The notes under the pieces are model-generated. The model saw only the letters and a list, made by a program, of their open reading frames with translations. It did no database searches and was not told the origin of the DNA. Of a stretch of 60,507 nucleotides of DNA, positions 47,346 to 58,520 are shown in pieces. Every line of letters begins with the position of its first letter. Positions within the stretch are counted from its first letter, which is position 1. Source of the stretch: a virus (taxonomy: Duplodnaviria > Caudoviricetes); IMG/VR virus record IMGVR_UViG_3300030118_003585, positions 1-60,507 of that record. One strand, written 5' to 3'. Position numbers and translations under genes: made by a program.

Positions 47346-48686
47346 ATGGCAACAACAATAGACATAGGATATTTTAATTCTTTTTTTATACAAAGTGCTG
47401 CTAGCTCAGATGATTGGCATGTAGAAGAAAGTAGAATAAAAGGTGAGTTTAATGGTGTAAGTGTAGATCTTGGTGTTAGAGCTTATGTAATAGATGAAAC
47501 GTTTTCAGAAGAAACAAGAGGTAATGCAATGATATTTTCTGGTATATATAATAGTAGAACAGGAGTAAATAAAACAAACGAGTTTTCTGTTGCTGAAAAT
47601 ATTACAAAAGCAGTAGACTCTGCAAATGGCACAATACAAAGGTTATATGCTGAAGACACAAACTTATTAATATTACAAGAAGACAAAGTAAGTAAAGCTT
47701 TAATAGACAAAGACGCAATATTTAGTGCAGAAGGCGGTGGTACAGTAACTAGTACTAATGTTGTTATCGGACAAATAGTTCCTTTTCCAGGTAAGTTTGG
47801 TATTAGTCAAAATCCAGAAAGTTTTGCTGCATATGGTGCAGATAAATATTTTGCCGATAGAAACAGAGGTTTAATTATAAAATTAAATAATCAAGGCGTT
47901 ATACCTATATCAGAATTAGGTATGCGTAGTTTTTTTAGAGATGAATTAAAAGATGCTGTAAGAATATCTGGCGGTTATGATGGTTATCATAAAATGTATT
48001 TTGTAACTATAGCACAAAACGATAATACTTATAAAACATTAAGTTATGATGATAGTGTAAAAGGTTGGACATCTTTATATACGTATAATCCTAAGTTTTC
48101 GTTTAGTTTAAACAATAATTATTATAGCATTAGAGCTGATCTTGGTGTTACATCAGATTTTGTAAGAACAAATATATGGAGACATTATGATACTACTAGT
48201 AGTAGTTTTAATCAGTTTTATGGAGTTGCACCAGCCGCAACAACTATAGAATTTTTTGTAAACGCTAATAGTAATAATAAAAATGTATTTAAAAATATTT
48301 GTTATTATGGTACAGATTATTGGTCAGTTGAAACAATTAGAACTAACACAGACTCTTTTAATAGATTTTTAGATAGTGGTTTGTCAATAGCTAACTCTAA
48401 AACAAGCATTGGTAATGCTTATGTAGCTGACTCTGTATTTTATAAAAAAGACAATAAATATTATGCTGACATATATAATAACACAAATATAAAAGAAGGT
48501 GAAATATATGATCCAGCACATTTTGACCCCGCAGGAACAACTAGATTACAAACAGATGTTACAGGTGTAAAAGGTAATTATTTAAAATTAAAATTTAGTA
48601 CTGGAACAAATACAGCAGCGCATGGTGGCGAAGGTCCACAAGAATTATATAGTGTAGATACTAATGTATCTCAGATGTACAATTAA
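47346..48686 (+). CDS. tail nozzle/stabilisation protein, C-terminal beta-propeller part
   Basis: FGISQNPESFA...YFAD-x-x-RG...PISELGM...GWTS. Confidence 0.65.
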   Translation: MATTIDIGYFNSFFIQSAASSDDWHVEESRIKGEFNGVSVDLGVRAYVIDETFSEETRGNAMIFSGIYNSRTGVNKTNEFSVAENITKAVDSANGTIQRLYAEDTNLLILQEDKVSKALIDKDAIFSAEGGGTVTSTNVVIGQIVPFPGKFGISQNPESFAAYGADKYFADRNRGLIIKLNNQGVIPISELGMRSFFRDELKDAVRISGGYDGYHKMYFVTIAQNDNTYKTLSYDDSVKGWTSLYTYNPKFSFSLNNNYYSIRADLGVTSDFVRTNIWRHYDTTSSSFNQFYGVAPAATTIEFFVNANSNNKNVFKNICYYGTDYWSVETIRTNTDSFNRFLDSGLSIANSKTSIGNAYVADSVFYKKDNKYYADIYNNTNIKEGEIYDPAHFDPAGTTRLQTDVTGVKGNYLKLKFSTGTNTAAHGGEGPQELYSVDTNVSQMYN

Positions 48687-48701
48687 AAAAATTTAAATTA
48701 T

Positions 48702-49103
48702 ATGCAATTTAATATAAGGAAGCTAGAAGTATCTGATCTTGATACTTTAAAAGCTTGGTGGGCAGCATATCCAGACTGGGGTGCACCACCTGTAGATATG
48801 TTACCAGGTAATGGTACAACAGGTTTTATAGTAGAACACAAACAAACACCTGTAGTTGCAGGTTTTATTTATTTTACTAACGCTAAAGTTTCTTGGTTAG
48901 AGTGGATTATATCTAATCCAACTTTTAAAAATAAAAAAGAAGCTATATTTTTATTAATAAATACAATAGAAAAAGTGTTAAAAGAAAAACAAACAAAGTA
49001 TGTGTTTTCTATATGTAGAAATAAAAATTTAAAAAAATATTTTAAAGAATTAGGTTACCATGTAGATGATAAACCTTCTTATGAAATTATAAAAACAATA
49101 TAA
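48702..49103 (+). CDS. GNAT-fold protein (T7 gp13-like position)
   Basis: GNAT pattern ending FKELGY; lies between tail and ejection genes. Confidence 0.6.
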   Translation: MQFNIRKLEVSDLDTLKAWWAAYPDWGAPPVDMLPGNGTTGFIVEHKQTPVVAGFIYFTNAKVSWLEWIISNPTFKNKKEAIFLLINTIEKVLKEKQTKYVFSICRNKNLKKYFKELGYHVDDKPSYEIIKTI

Positions 49104-49106
49104 GAT

Positions 49107-49883
49107 ATGGCAGGAGCAACAGCAATAGCAGCAGGTTTTGGCGCTGCAACAAATATATTTGCGGCAGGTTCTTCAGCATCAGCTGCAAGAAGAGCTAGAG
49201 CCGACGCTAGATATAGACAAAATCAAATAAGAGCATTAGAAAACAATAGACAAGACATAATTGATCCTTTTGCTAGTATACAAGATTTAAGTGGTATGAT
49301 AGATAACCCATTTGATAATTTACAAGTTGGTACAAGAGCCGCAGAGTTTCAAGCTTCAGAAACAGATTTAGCTTTGAGCACAGCGTTAGACACTTCAACT
49401 ACATTAGGTTTTGCGTCTGGTGGCGCTACAGCAATATCTAGAGAAGCTGCTAGAAGTAAATTAGGCATAGCTGCAAATATTGAACAACAAGAGTTACAAA
49501 ATGAAAGATTAAGAGCACAAGGAGCTTTTGAAGCAAATAGATTAAGGCTTGGTGAATTAGCAAGAGTACAAGGTGCTAGAGCACAAGGTGCAATGTTCAT
49601 GTTTAACACACAAGAACAAAGAGATATGCAAAGGTTAAATAGGTTAGCTGGTTTTCAACAACAAGCACAACAAAACGCCATGAGCGGTCAAGCCGGTGTG
49701 TTTTCTGCACTAGGATCACTTGGTGGCGCTGCGTTAAGTTTTGCAGCTAATTATCAAGCACCACAAACAAACACAGGTACAGGGTTTGATTTTCAACCGA
49801 CATTAACTTCTACACCACAAATAAACATACCACAAACAAACCTTGGTTTAATGAACCCTAGTTATAATAATCCATTAACTTAA
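49107..49883 (+). CDS. internal virion/ejection protein
   Basis: Ala/Gly/Gln-rich with hydrophobic N-terminus. Confidence 0.6.
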   Translation: MAGATAIAAGFGAATNIFAAGSSASAARRARADARYRQNQIRALENNRQDIIDPFASIQDLSGMIDNPFDNLQVGTRAAEFQASETDLALSTALDTSTTLGFASGGATAISREAARSKLGIAANIEQQELQNERLRAQGAFEANRLRLGELARVQGARAQGAMFMFNTQEQRDMQRLNRLAGFQQQAQQNAMSGQAGVFSALGSLGGAALSFAANYQAPQTNTGTGFDFQPTLTSTPQINIPQTNLGLMNPSYNNPLT

Positions 49884-49889
49884 TAAATT

Positions 49890-51899
49890 ATGGGAGCATA
49901 CGATAATCCACAAATATTACAAACACCTAATTACGGTGAAATTTACAACAGAAGTTTTTGGAACAGCTATAACTCTTTAGCACAAGTATTTGCTAGAATA
50001 GAAGAAAGAGATAGAAGAGCTGTAGCAGAAAAAAGACAAACAACAAATGATATTATAAATTTTAGAAACTCTATTAATAATATTAGAGCAGGCGATGCAA
50101 CTTTGCAGTTACAAACTACAGCTATGGGTTTAGTAGACGGTTTAAATACATGTTTAACTAGTAATAGTACAACTGCAGAACAAAAAGAAGCTTGTAGATT
50201 AGACGCAAACAAAAAAGTAAATCTGTTAGATGCTGTTGGAAAAACTATAGGTGCTAAAAATAAAGAACTAAAAAATGTAATATTAAGTGGTTATCAACGT
50301 AATCCTGATTTAATAGGTCTAGGTCAAGCATATGAAAATGGCGCGTTTAGATTTAAATTTAATGGTGATGATCTTGAAATATACTTTCAAACACGTAATG
50401 AAGATGGTGCATTAGTAAATAGAGCAGTAGATACGCAATGGCTTGCAGATGCTGCTAATTATGATTTTAATGACATGTATAATACTAATGAACTTAATGA
50501 AAAATTAGAAAGTTTATTAAGAAGTAAAATAATACAAACAACTGAAGGTGTAACAACAGATATGGGAAGTACATCAGTTATAGTAGAAAAATGGAAAGAT
50601 GGTTATGATGATATAAATACTAGAAAAAATGGTTTAGTAAATAATTCAAATCTAAACAACTTAGATGATTTACAAATAGGATCAATTTATGTTGATTATT
50701 TATTAAAAAACAAATTAATATCAAAAGATGATAAAGGTGTTATTAATGATGAAAAATTAATAAACATTATAAGAGCAAAAAACTTAGATAAAAGCGTTGA
50801 AGAAGATTTAATTAAAAATATTTCTAATGGTTTTGTAGAAACTATAATTAGTGACAAAAATGGTAACGCTGTAAATACAGCTCAAGTTTTAGGCACATAT
50901 GTAAAACAAAAATTAATAGATGATGCTATCGATAAAGTACAATTACAAACTTTACCTAGAAGTAATATAGTTGATAGTAGGACTACTAGTATAACAGCGC
51001 TTGAAAGAAGAAGCAACGAACTTATTAATAAAATTGAAGGACGTACAGAACAACAAAACTTAGATGATTTAACACAATATTATTTAAATGAAGGATTTAC
51101 TGTTAATACAGATCCTAAAAATCCAGGATTTTTAATAGTAAGCGCTAGCGAAGAAGTAAATGGTAAGGTCGTTTCAGTACCAAAGGATACAATAAATATT
51201 TCAGATGCAGCAGGTATCAACGAAACTTTAGCTACTGTTGTTTACGGTGATAAAGGTGCTAGTGATTATTTTAGAAATATACAAGCTGAAGAAAGAAGAA
51301 GACTAAGTTCTGTAATGGTAAATCAAACACAAGAAGTACAACGACAACAAGAAGTACAACAATTACCTGAGCTTGATAGATTATCACTTGCTGATGCAGA
51401 GTTAGAGTTACAAGAAAACATATCTATTATAAATCAAATTGATAATTATGATAAAAACAATATTGAGCCTGGACAATTTGGTATAAATGCTAATAGACAA
51501 GATATAGTAGAATTATCTAGCTTTTTACCTGCAGATATTATTGATCCTAATCTTGATAAAACATTTATTAATGTTAACAAAATAAGAAATTATAAAAATA
51601 AATTAATTGAAAGGAATAAACAATTACAACAAGTTGTAAGTAAAAGAAAAGTTTCAGATATAGATATACAAAACGACATTGATAATAAAACATCACAGAT
51701 AAACGATTTAAAATCTATAACAGAAAGTGAACAGTTTAAAACTTCTAGTTTTTATAATTACCAAGGTAAAAGAGTTAGAGGATCACGTATTTTACAAGTT
51801 ATAAAACAACTTGAAAACGATATAAAAGATTTACAACAAAGACAAGGCGCTCGTTTAACAAGAGGTGAAAACAACGCTAATCAAGAATTTAACATATAA
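49890..51899 (+). CDS. internal virion/ejection protein
   Basis: 669-aa helical protein in the ejectosome position. Confidence 0.55.
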   Translation: MGAYDNPQILQTPNYGEIYNRSFWNSYNSLAQVFARIEERDRRAVAEKRQTTNDIINFRNSINNIRAGDATLQLQTTAMGLVDGLNTCLTSNSTTAEQKEACRLDANKKVNLLDAVGKTIGAKNKELKNVILSGYQRNPDLIGLGQAYENGAFRFKFNGDDLEIYFQTRNEDGALVNRAVDTQWLADAANYDFNDMYNTNELNEKLESLLRSKIIQTTEGVTTDMGSTSVIVEKWKDGYDDINTRKNGLVNNSNLNNLDDLQIGSIYVDYLLKNKLISKDDKGVINDEKLINIIRAKNLDKSVEEDLIKNISNGFVETIISDKNGNAVNTAQVLGTYVKQKLIDDAIDKVQLQTLPRSNIVDSRTTSITALERRSNELINKIEGRTEQQNLDDLTQYYLNEGFTVNTDPKNPGFLIVSASEEVNGKVVSVPKDTINISDAAGINETLATVVYGDKGASDYFRNIQAEERRRLSSVMVNQTQEVQRQQEVQQLPELDRLSLADAELELQENISIINQIDNYDKNNIEPGQFGINANRQDIVELSSFLPADIIDPNLDKTFINVNKIRNYKNKLIERNKQLQQVVSKRKVSDIDIQNDIDNKTSQINDLKSITESEQFKTSSFYNYQGKRVRGSRILQVIKQLENDIKDLQQRQGARLTRGENNANQEFNI

Positions 51900-51901
51900 T
51901 T

Positions 51902-54900
51902 ATGAATGAATTTTATCTAGTCAATGGGCAACTTTATGAAGTGTCGCCCGGTGGCAAAGAAGCATTTTTACAAAAATTTCCAAATGCTGTATTACAAGAA
52001 CAACAAGAACAAGTAAAGACAGCAGGAGTCGGCATGGGTGCGGCTGCTCCCACAGAGCTAGCACCCAATATGGTATCAAACTTGGACGCTGGTTTATCGG
52101 TATATCAAGAACCTGAGCTTGGTGTTTTTGAGTCAATAAAAAATTCATTTTCTAACTTTGGTAGAGACATTGTAAAAATAGGTGAGTTTTACACAGGTGA
52201 GTCTGCGGCCATGGATCTTGCAAGCGCAGCTTTATTTGATGAAGTTTTTGGTGAACAAGCTGTATTAAACTTAGATGAAAAATATGGCAAAGACAGTTGG
52301 CTAACTCAAGGTATAGGTTTAGATGAAATATTAGATGCAATACCAAGGTATAGAGAACAAGAAGCTTTACGTAAGCCAACAATAGCAATTACAGACGCTA
52401 TTAGCGAAGGTGATGTAGGTGGTGTTTTAGCAGGTGTTGTAAACTCTGTTGTAAACGCAGCAGGTTCTATAGCTTATGGTATATCAACTTTAGGTGCAGG
52501 TTATGCTTTTGATTTTATGGCTGAAAATTACATAAACTATAATCAAGCAAGAGCAGACAGATTAGGTACGAGTTTAGAAGAGCTTATTGTTGAAGAAAAA
52601 GATGCAACATGGGCACCTGCATTATTAGGTGTTAGCCAAGCTTTGTTAGAGCGTATAGGTATTGGCAAAATGACTGGCTTATTATTAAGAAGTACAGGCA
52701 AAAGTGTTTTTAGGGATCGTATAATGGACGTTTTAAATACTGGTGTAACAGAAGCTATAACTGAGTGGGGACAATACGGTATAAAAGAAGGTAATAAAGT
52801 ATTAGGTGAAACTGAAGACGGCTTAGAAGCTAGTAAAACAGCTATATACAGAATGTTTACAGAACAAGAGTCATTAGAAAGTGTATTACAAGGATTTTTA
52901 GGCGGTGGCGGTATAAAAGGTGGTAGATATGCTTTAAAATCATCTAATGCCGTTAGAACTAAAGAAGAGGCAAACGAAATAGACAGAAATATTAGTGCTT
53001 TAGTTAAAAATAAAAAAGTACTTGAAAACACAAATGATGAAAATACTATAGCAATAGCAGAACAAAACATAGAAACAGCAAAACAAAATATTGCAGGTTT
53101 AGTACAAAGATCAAATGACAGAATTAAAAATTTAAGCGAAGAAGAACAAAAAAAAGTAGCAGAAATAAATGATCAAGCTGTAAAACAAGTTGAAAAAATA
53201 AACGAATTACAAGATAAGTTTAAAGCTAAAAAAATAACTAAATCAGCATACGAAATTGGTCTTGACAATGCTAAATCAGAATTTAAAAATAATTTACTTA
53301 AAATTAGAGGAGTTTTACTTAAAAACCAAACAGCTAAAGGTAAAGTTAGTTCTAGTATAAGGTTTGGTAAAGCTTGGGCTAAAGCATTAAATATACCAAC
53401 TACGACAGCAAAAACTAACAAAGAGTTTGCAGAACTACTTAACTTAGATGAAAAACAAGCCGCTAATATAGGCGGCGTTTACAGAAACGGACAAGCCGTT
53501 TTTAATCCAACAAGCGCATCAAACACATTTCAAATAAACATAGGCGCACACGAAATTTTACACCCAATACTTAATTCACAAATAGGCGATGCAGTACAGC
53601 AGTCTAAATTTGTTAAAGGTTTTAAAAAGCGTTTAACAACTAGGCAAAAAGCTGAGATGGATCGTATTATGGAAAGTAGAGGTTATGGTATAGACAGTGG
53701 TAAATATGATACAGAATATTTAACTGTTTTTTCTGATGCTGTAGCTAATAAGCAATTACCATTAGACAAAACATTAACAGAGCGTATAGTAGATTACATT
53801 AAAAAGTTCTTTAAAATGTATGACATGGAAATAGGTTTTGATAACGCAGATCAAGTTTTTAATTTTATAAATGAGTTTAATAAAAGCTCAGAAAGTGGTG
53901 AAGTGTCTGCTAACTTATTAGATGCTATTGATACATATAAACTACAAAAAGAATTAAATCAAGATAATTTACAATTAAGTAAAGATGATAGTTCAAACGT
54001 TGGTGATTATGAAACTAAAATAAGTAACTTAAATAAAAAAGTAGACAACATAATACCAAGAGCAAAAAACAAAAAAAGCGGTAAGTTTGAATATATTATA
54101 AGCCAAAACGATTATAACACAGAGTACGTGTCTGATGTATATGAAGCGTTAGTTAATGGTAATATGATTGATGCTTTATTAACTAAAGGTAAGTTTTTTA
54201 AAACAAAACAAGAAAGAGCACAGTTTTTACAAGAAATAAAAACAGAGGACAGAAATAACTTAACAGATATAATATTTAAGTTTAACCCAGAAAAAAACAA
54301 TAGTTTAATAGGTTGGATAAACTCACAGTTAAGGTTTACTAGATTAGAATCATATAAAGATCAAACAAACAAAGACATGACAACTTCATTAGATATTGAA
54401 GCGGGTGAGATCGGTGCTGTTAGAGAAATATCAACCACAGAAGATTATGATTTGTTTGAAAACGAGCTTATATATTCTGCTAAAACTTCTGAAAAAACAA
54501 ATAAAGACATTAAAATAGATTTATCACAAACATTTGGTATACAAGATAAAATAACAAAAAACACAAAAAGTTTTTTAGAAAGTCCTGAAAGCAAAAATGT
54601 TAAAGATCTAACCTTTGCTAATACTCCTATAGATATTGCTGTAAACGAAATAAGCGAAATAACTGGCGTGCCTGTTAAAAAAATAGTTGATTTAGGTGTT
54701 AACTTGTCAACTAGTCAATATATTTCTGGTAGAGATTTTATATATGATTTTATAGAGGATATTGCACAAATATTACCTTTAAGAAATTATGTAAGTAAAT
54801 TCAAAGATCAACCTGCTCCTGATGATTTACTTGGTAGTTCTATATTATTACCAAAAAAATTAATAAACGATGAAAAGTTTGGTTTACACTTATATAGCGT

Positions 54901-57900
54901 AAAAGGTCCAGAGGTTAGCATGAAAGGTAGAGATCCTAATATTATAACAAGATTTTTACCTGAAAACCATTTAACGATGGTTAACGGTGAAATAAGGTTA
55001 TCACCAGAATTTAAAAAACAATTTACTAGACTTATTGGTTTAGATGAAAATGGTAATCCTTTACCAAGAGACGCAAAAGGTGATAATTTTAGTGGTAGAA
55101 GTCCCGAAGCGCAAAGAGTAAAATCTTTATTAAACTTTTTATCAAGGGTAATTAGTAATACAGCTATAAGGCAAAATATTTTAAATAGTGGTATTGATCC
55201 TGCAACCGCACAAAGTTTGGCAACTAGGATAGCTGCAGGTAAAGGTCCATTACAGTTAAGTCAAGCTGAAGATTATGGTAACATAAAATTAAATGAGTTG
55301 ATCAAAATGTACAACGAACAACAAGACTTTTCAAGGTTTGCTGTTGTAACATTTAATAAAGATGAGCTTAGAGAATTTGCAAAAGAAACACTTAACATAG
55401 ATATAGACAAACGAGATGTTTACAGAACTTTTGTAAAAGGTAAAACTACTATTGATGATAAAGTAGCTACAGGTTATTTTTATAATCAGTTAATGGAAAC
55501 AAGAAAATATCAAAAAGATTTTTTAAGCTTTTTACCTGATATATTTAAAGACAATAAAAACTTAGCGTTGTCTATAGCAGGTTTTAACGGTATAAATACA
55601 CTACATAACGATACACAACAGTTATATAATTCTACTGATATAGTATTATTAGATGGTGATTTAAATGTTATTAGAGATAAAAGGATAGAAAATTTAGTTG
55701 AAAAAGATGGAACTTTAAAAAAAGGTATATCAATTAAAAAACTAAAAGCTAACAATATTTTAAAAGAAAGCGATTTAGAAATAATTGATGATTTAAATAA
55801 CTATTTGAAAAAACAAAAAAATACTAAAAACATACCTTTATTAATTAAGTTAAAAACAGTATTAAATGATCCTACTATAAAGCTAGACACAAAAGAGCAA
55901 CAAATAAAATTATTTAAAGATCAAAATATTAATAGAGTTATAATGTATAACTTATTAAATCAATATAAAATGGCTTATATAAAAGCCGGTAATACAGAAC
56001 AAGAAAGAAAAAATAGATTTTTGTTTATTGCAAAAACTTTAAAATTTGATACTACCAGTATTGATGGTGTTGGCTCGTTAGGTTCATTAGATTTTACAGT
56101 AATAGATCCTAATGACGATGTATCTTTAGAAAATTATGATACAGTTGGTACTATAAGTAAAAATTTGCTACATAACATGTTTTTAGGCCAAATGCCAATA
56201 TTTGAACCTGGTGATTTAAAAGCTGGTTTTGTGCCGCAAAGTATGTTATCTGTAGCACCTAATATTAGTGCGCAAGAAAAAATAGATATAGTTAAAAGAA
56301 ATACACAAGATAAAAACCAATATAGCCAAGCAGAAGACTCTAAAAATAAAAAGGTAGAACCTATTAATAAATTTGATTTACCTGCTTTAACTAGGCAAAT
56401 GCAAGATATATTATCTCGTAAGGATAAAAGATATAAGCCTGGTGAAGACTTAGATGAAGCAACAGCTAAAAACTTAGCTAATGACAGGAAAAAAAGCTTT
56501 AGTATTATAGCACCAGAAGCAGATGACTTTGTTGGTTTATTATATAGATTTTTAGGCAAAGGTAAACAAGGAGATAAAGATTTACAGTTTTTCCAACAAC
56601 ATCTTTTATTTCCTTTTGAAAGAGCTATGTATAAGCTAAATCAAGCAAGAGTTGGTACTAGCAGAAAATATACTACGTTAAATAAAGAATATAAAGATGT
56701 AAGGTCAAGATTAAATAAACCTATTGGTATTAAAGAATTTACAGTTGATCAAGCGTTAAGAGTTCATATGTATATTAACAACTCTGGTGGTATACCAGAC
56801 TTCCAAAAATTAGTAGGTGATAGTATTAGTTTAGATAATATAAGGGCTTTACATCTTGCTGTTTTAAGAGACAAAAGGTTAAAATCTTATGCAAAAAATT
56901 TAGGTCAGTTAACTAAAACACAAGCTTTTTATCTTCCGCCTGATGGTAACACTTGGCTTGTAGATAATATAGATTCAGATGTTAATAGAAGTATTGAAAA
57001 TTTAAGAAGGGCAGATTTTTTACAAACATTTAATAAAAATAAAGCTGAAATATTTGATAAACAAAATTATAATAGAATAGAAGCAACTTATGGCAAAAAG
57101 TTTGTTAATGCGTTAAGAAATATATTAACTCGTATGGAAACAGGTTCGTCTTTTGAACAAACAACAAATTATGAGTTAAAAAATATTTTAGACTGGATGC
57201 GACAGTCTGTTGCTGTAACAATGTTTTTAAATACAAGATCTGCTGTGTTACAAACAATATCTATGGTAAACTTTATAAATTGGGGTGATAACAATGTTTT
57301 TAAACAAAGACCGTTTAGTCCTCAATGGAATAAAGATTTTATATATTTATTAAATTCTGACTTTTTAACAGAAAGACGAGAAGGTTTAAGAGCAGATATA
57401 TTAGAACAAGATATTGCAGAAATAGCTGCTGATACTCGTACTGGTTGGCGAGGTAAAATGAAACAATTGCATTTTAAATTATTACAAAAAGGTTTTATTT
57501 TTACTAAATACGGTGATAGTTTAGCTATTGCAACTGGTGGTGCTAGTTTTTATAGAAATAGGATTAATACTTATTTAAAACAAGGCAAAAGCCAAAACGA
57601 CGCAGAAAGACAAGCTTTTTTAGATTTTCAGCAAATAGCTAATGAGTCGCAACAGTCAGCTAGACCAGATCGTTTATCAGCACAACAAACAAATGAAGTT
57701 GGTAGAATATTTTTAGCTTTTGCAAATACACCAATGCAGTATAGTAGATTAGTAGTAAAAGCAGCTAAAGATTTAATAGCAGGTAGAGGTGATAAAAAAA
57801 CAAATATTAGTAAAATGATATATTATGGTGCTGTACAAAGTATAATATTTAATTCCTTGCAACAAGCTTTGTTTAAATCATTTTTAGAAGATGAAGAAGA

Positions 57901-58489
57901 TAAAGAAGATGAAGACATGAAAGAAAGAGTTGCGTTGACCGCTGAAAGAACTGTAACTTCGTTTTTAATAGGTTTAGGTTTAAAAGGTGTATTAGTTGCT
58001 GGTTTAGGAAAAGTTATAAAAGGTTTAATTGAAGATGTTAAAGATGGTAAAGATGCAGATCAGATGACAAGAGCAACAATGCTCGAAATAGCTAATATTG
58101 CTCCTGCTTTTGGTATCAAAATGAGCCAAGTAAATACAGCAATAAGTCAAGCTTATTATAATAGAAATTATATAGATAAAATAGGTTTATCATTAAGTAA
58201 TCCTATATTGGATATAGTTGGTAGTACAGCTTCATTAGCAAATATACCTTTAAATAGACTTATAAATAAAACTAGAAACATTGAAGCTATATTTGATAGT
58301 TCAAATGATAATTGGCAAAGGATAGCTGTTGCTTTAGGTTGGAACAGGTGGAACGTTGGTATTGAAGATAAAGAATTAGAACAAGCAAAACAAGAATATG
58401 CTATTGAAAGGAAATTATTAAAATCTGGATCATCAAGACGTAGTATGAGGCGTAGAACTACAAGAAGATTAGGTACTCGTAGAAGGTAA
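51902..58489 (+). CDS. very large internal virion/ejection protein
   Basis: 2195 aa; Gly-rich membrane-like segments, HEILH motif, Arg-rich tail. Confidence 0.65.
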   Translation: MNEFYLVNGQLYEVSPGGKEAFLQKFPNAVLQEQQEQVKTAGVGMGAAAPTELAPNMVSNLDAGLSVYQEPELGVFESIKNSFSNFGRDIVKIGEFYTGESAAMDLASAALFDEVFGEQAVLNLDEKYGKDSWLTQGIGLDEILDAIPRYREQEALRKPTIAITDAISEGDVGGVLAGVVNSVVNAAGSIAYGISTLGAGYAFDFMAENYINYNQARADRLGTSLEELIVEEKDATWAPALLGVSQALLERIGIGKMTGLLLRSTGKSVFRDRIMDVLNTGVTEAITEWGQYGIKEGNKVLGETEDGLEASKTAIYRMFTEQESLESVLQGFLGGGGIKGGRYALKSSNAVRTKEEANEIDRNISALVKNKKVLENTNDENTIAIAEQNIETAKQNIAGLVQRSNDRIKNLSEEEQKKVAEINDQAVKQVEKINELQDKFKAKKITKSAYEIGLDNAKSEFKNNLLKIRGVLLKNQTAKGKVSSSIRFGKAWAKALNIPTTTAKTNKEFAELLNLDEKQAANIGGVYRNGQAVFNPTSASNTFQINIGAHEILHPILNSQIGDAVQQSKFVKGFKKRLTTRQKAEMDRIMESRGYGIDSGKYDTEYLTVFSDAVANKQLPLDKTLTERIVDYIKKFFKMYDMEIGFDNADQVFNFINEFNKSSESGEVSANLLDAIDTYKLQKELNQDNLQLSKDDSSNVGDYETKISNLNKKVDNIIPRAKNKKSGKFEYIISQNDYNTEYVSDVYEALVNGNMIDALLTKGKFFKTKQERAQFLQEIKTEDRNNLTDIIFKFNPEKNNSLIGWINSQLRFTRLESYKDQTNKDMTTSLDIEAGEIGAVREISTTEDYDLFENELIYSAKTSEKTNKDIKIDLSQTFGIQDKITKNTKSFLESPESKNVKDLTFANTPIDIAVNEISEITGVPVKKIVDLGVNLSTSQYISGRDFIYDFIEDIAQILPLRNYVSKFKDQPAPDDLLGSSILLPKKLINDEKFGLHLYSVKGPEVSMKGRDPNIITRFLPENHLTMVNGEIRLSPEFKKQFTRLIGLDENGNPLPRDAKGDNFSGRSPEAQRVKSLLNFLSRVISNTAIRQNILNSGIDPATAQSLATRIAAGKGPLQLSQAEDYGNIKLNELIKMYNEQQDFSRFAVVTFNKDELREFAKETLNIDIDKRDVYRTFVKGKTTIDDKVATGYFYNQLMETRKYQKDFLSFLPDIFKDNKNLALSIAGFNGINTLHNDTQQLYNSTDIVLLDGDLNVIRDKRIENLVEKDGTLKKGISIKKLKANNILKESDLEIIDDLNNYLKKQKNTKNIPLLIKLKTVLNDPTIKLDTKEQQIKLFKDQNINRVIMYNLLNQYKMAYIKAGNTEQERKNRFLFIAKTLKFDTTSIDGVGSLGSLDFTVIDPNDDVSLENYDTVGTISKNLLHNMFLGQMPIFEPGDLKAGFVPQSMLSVAPNISAQEKIDIVKRNTQDKNQYSQAEDSKNKKVEPINKFDLPALTRQMQDILSRKDKRYKPGEDLDEATAKNLANDRKKSFSIIAPEADDFVGLLYRFLGKGKQGDKDLQFFQQHLLFPFERAMYKLNQARVGTSRKYTTLNKEYKDVRSRLNKPIGIKEFTVDQALRVHMYINNSGGIPDFQKLVGDSISLDNIRALHLAVLRDKRLKSYAKNLGQLTKTQAFYLPPDGNTWLVDNIDSDVNRSIENLRRADFLQTFNKNKAEIFDKQNYNRIEATYGKKFVNALRNILTRMETGSSFEQTTNYELKNILDWMRQSVAVTMFLNTRSAVLQTISMVNFINWGDNNVFKQRPFSPQWNKDFIYLLNSDFLTERREGLRADILEQDIAEIAADTRTGWRGKMKQLHFKLLQKGFIFTKYGDSLAIATGGASFYRNRINTYLKQGKSQNDAERQAFLDFQQIANESQQSARPDRLSAQQTNEVGRIFLAFANTPMQYSRLVVKAAKDLIAGRGDKKTNISKMIYYGAVQSIIFNSLQQALFKSFLEDEEDKEDEDMKERVALTAERTVTSFLIGLGLKGVLVAGLGKVIKGLIEDVKDGKDADQMTRATMLEIANIAPAFGIKMSQVNTAISQAYYNRNYIDKIGLSLSNPILDIVGSTASLANIPLNRLINKTRNIEAIFDSSNDNWQRIAVALGWNRWNVGIEDKELEQAKQEYAIERKLLKSGSSRRSMRRRTTRRLGTRRR

Positions 58490-58520
58490 AAAAAATAAAA
58501 AATACGTAATTATTAATAAT

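Noticed and set aside
18127-56559. Many short antisense or alternate-frame ORFs inside large genes (e.g. 18127-18393, 29156-29545, 52543-53070)
   Set aside because: Shadow ORFs of codon-biased genes, with no leaders or protein-like features
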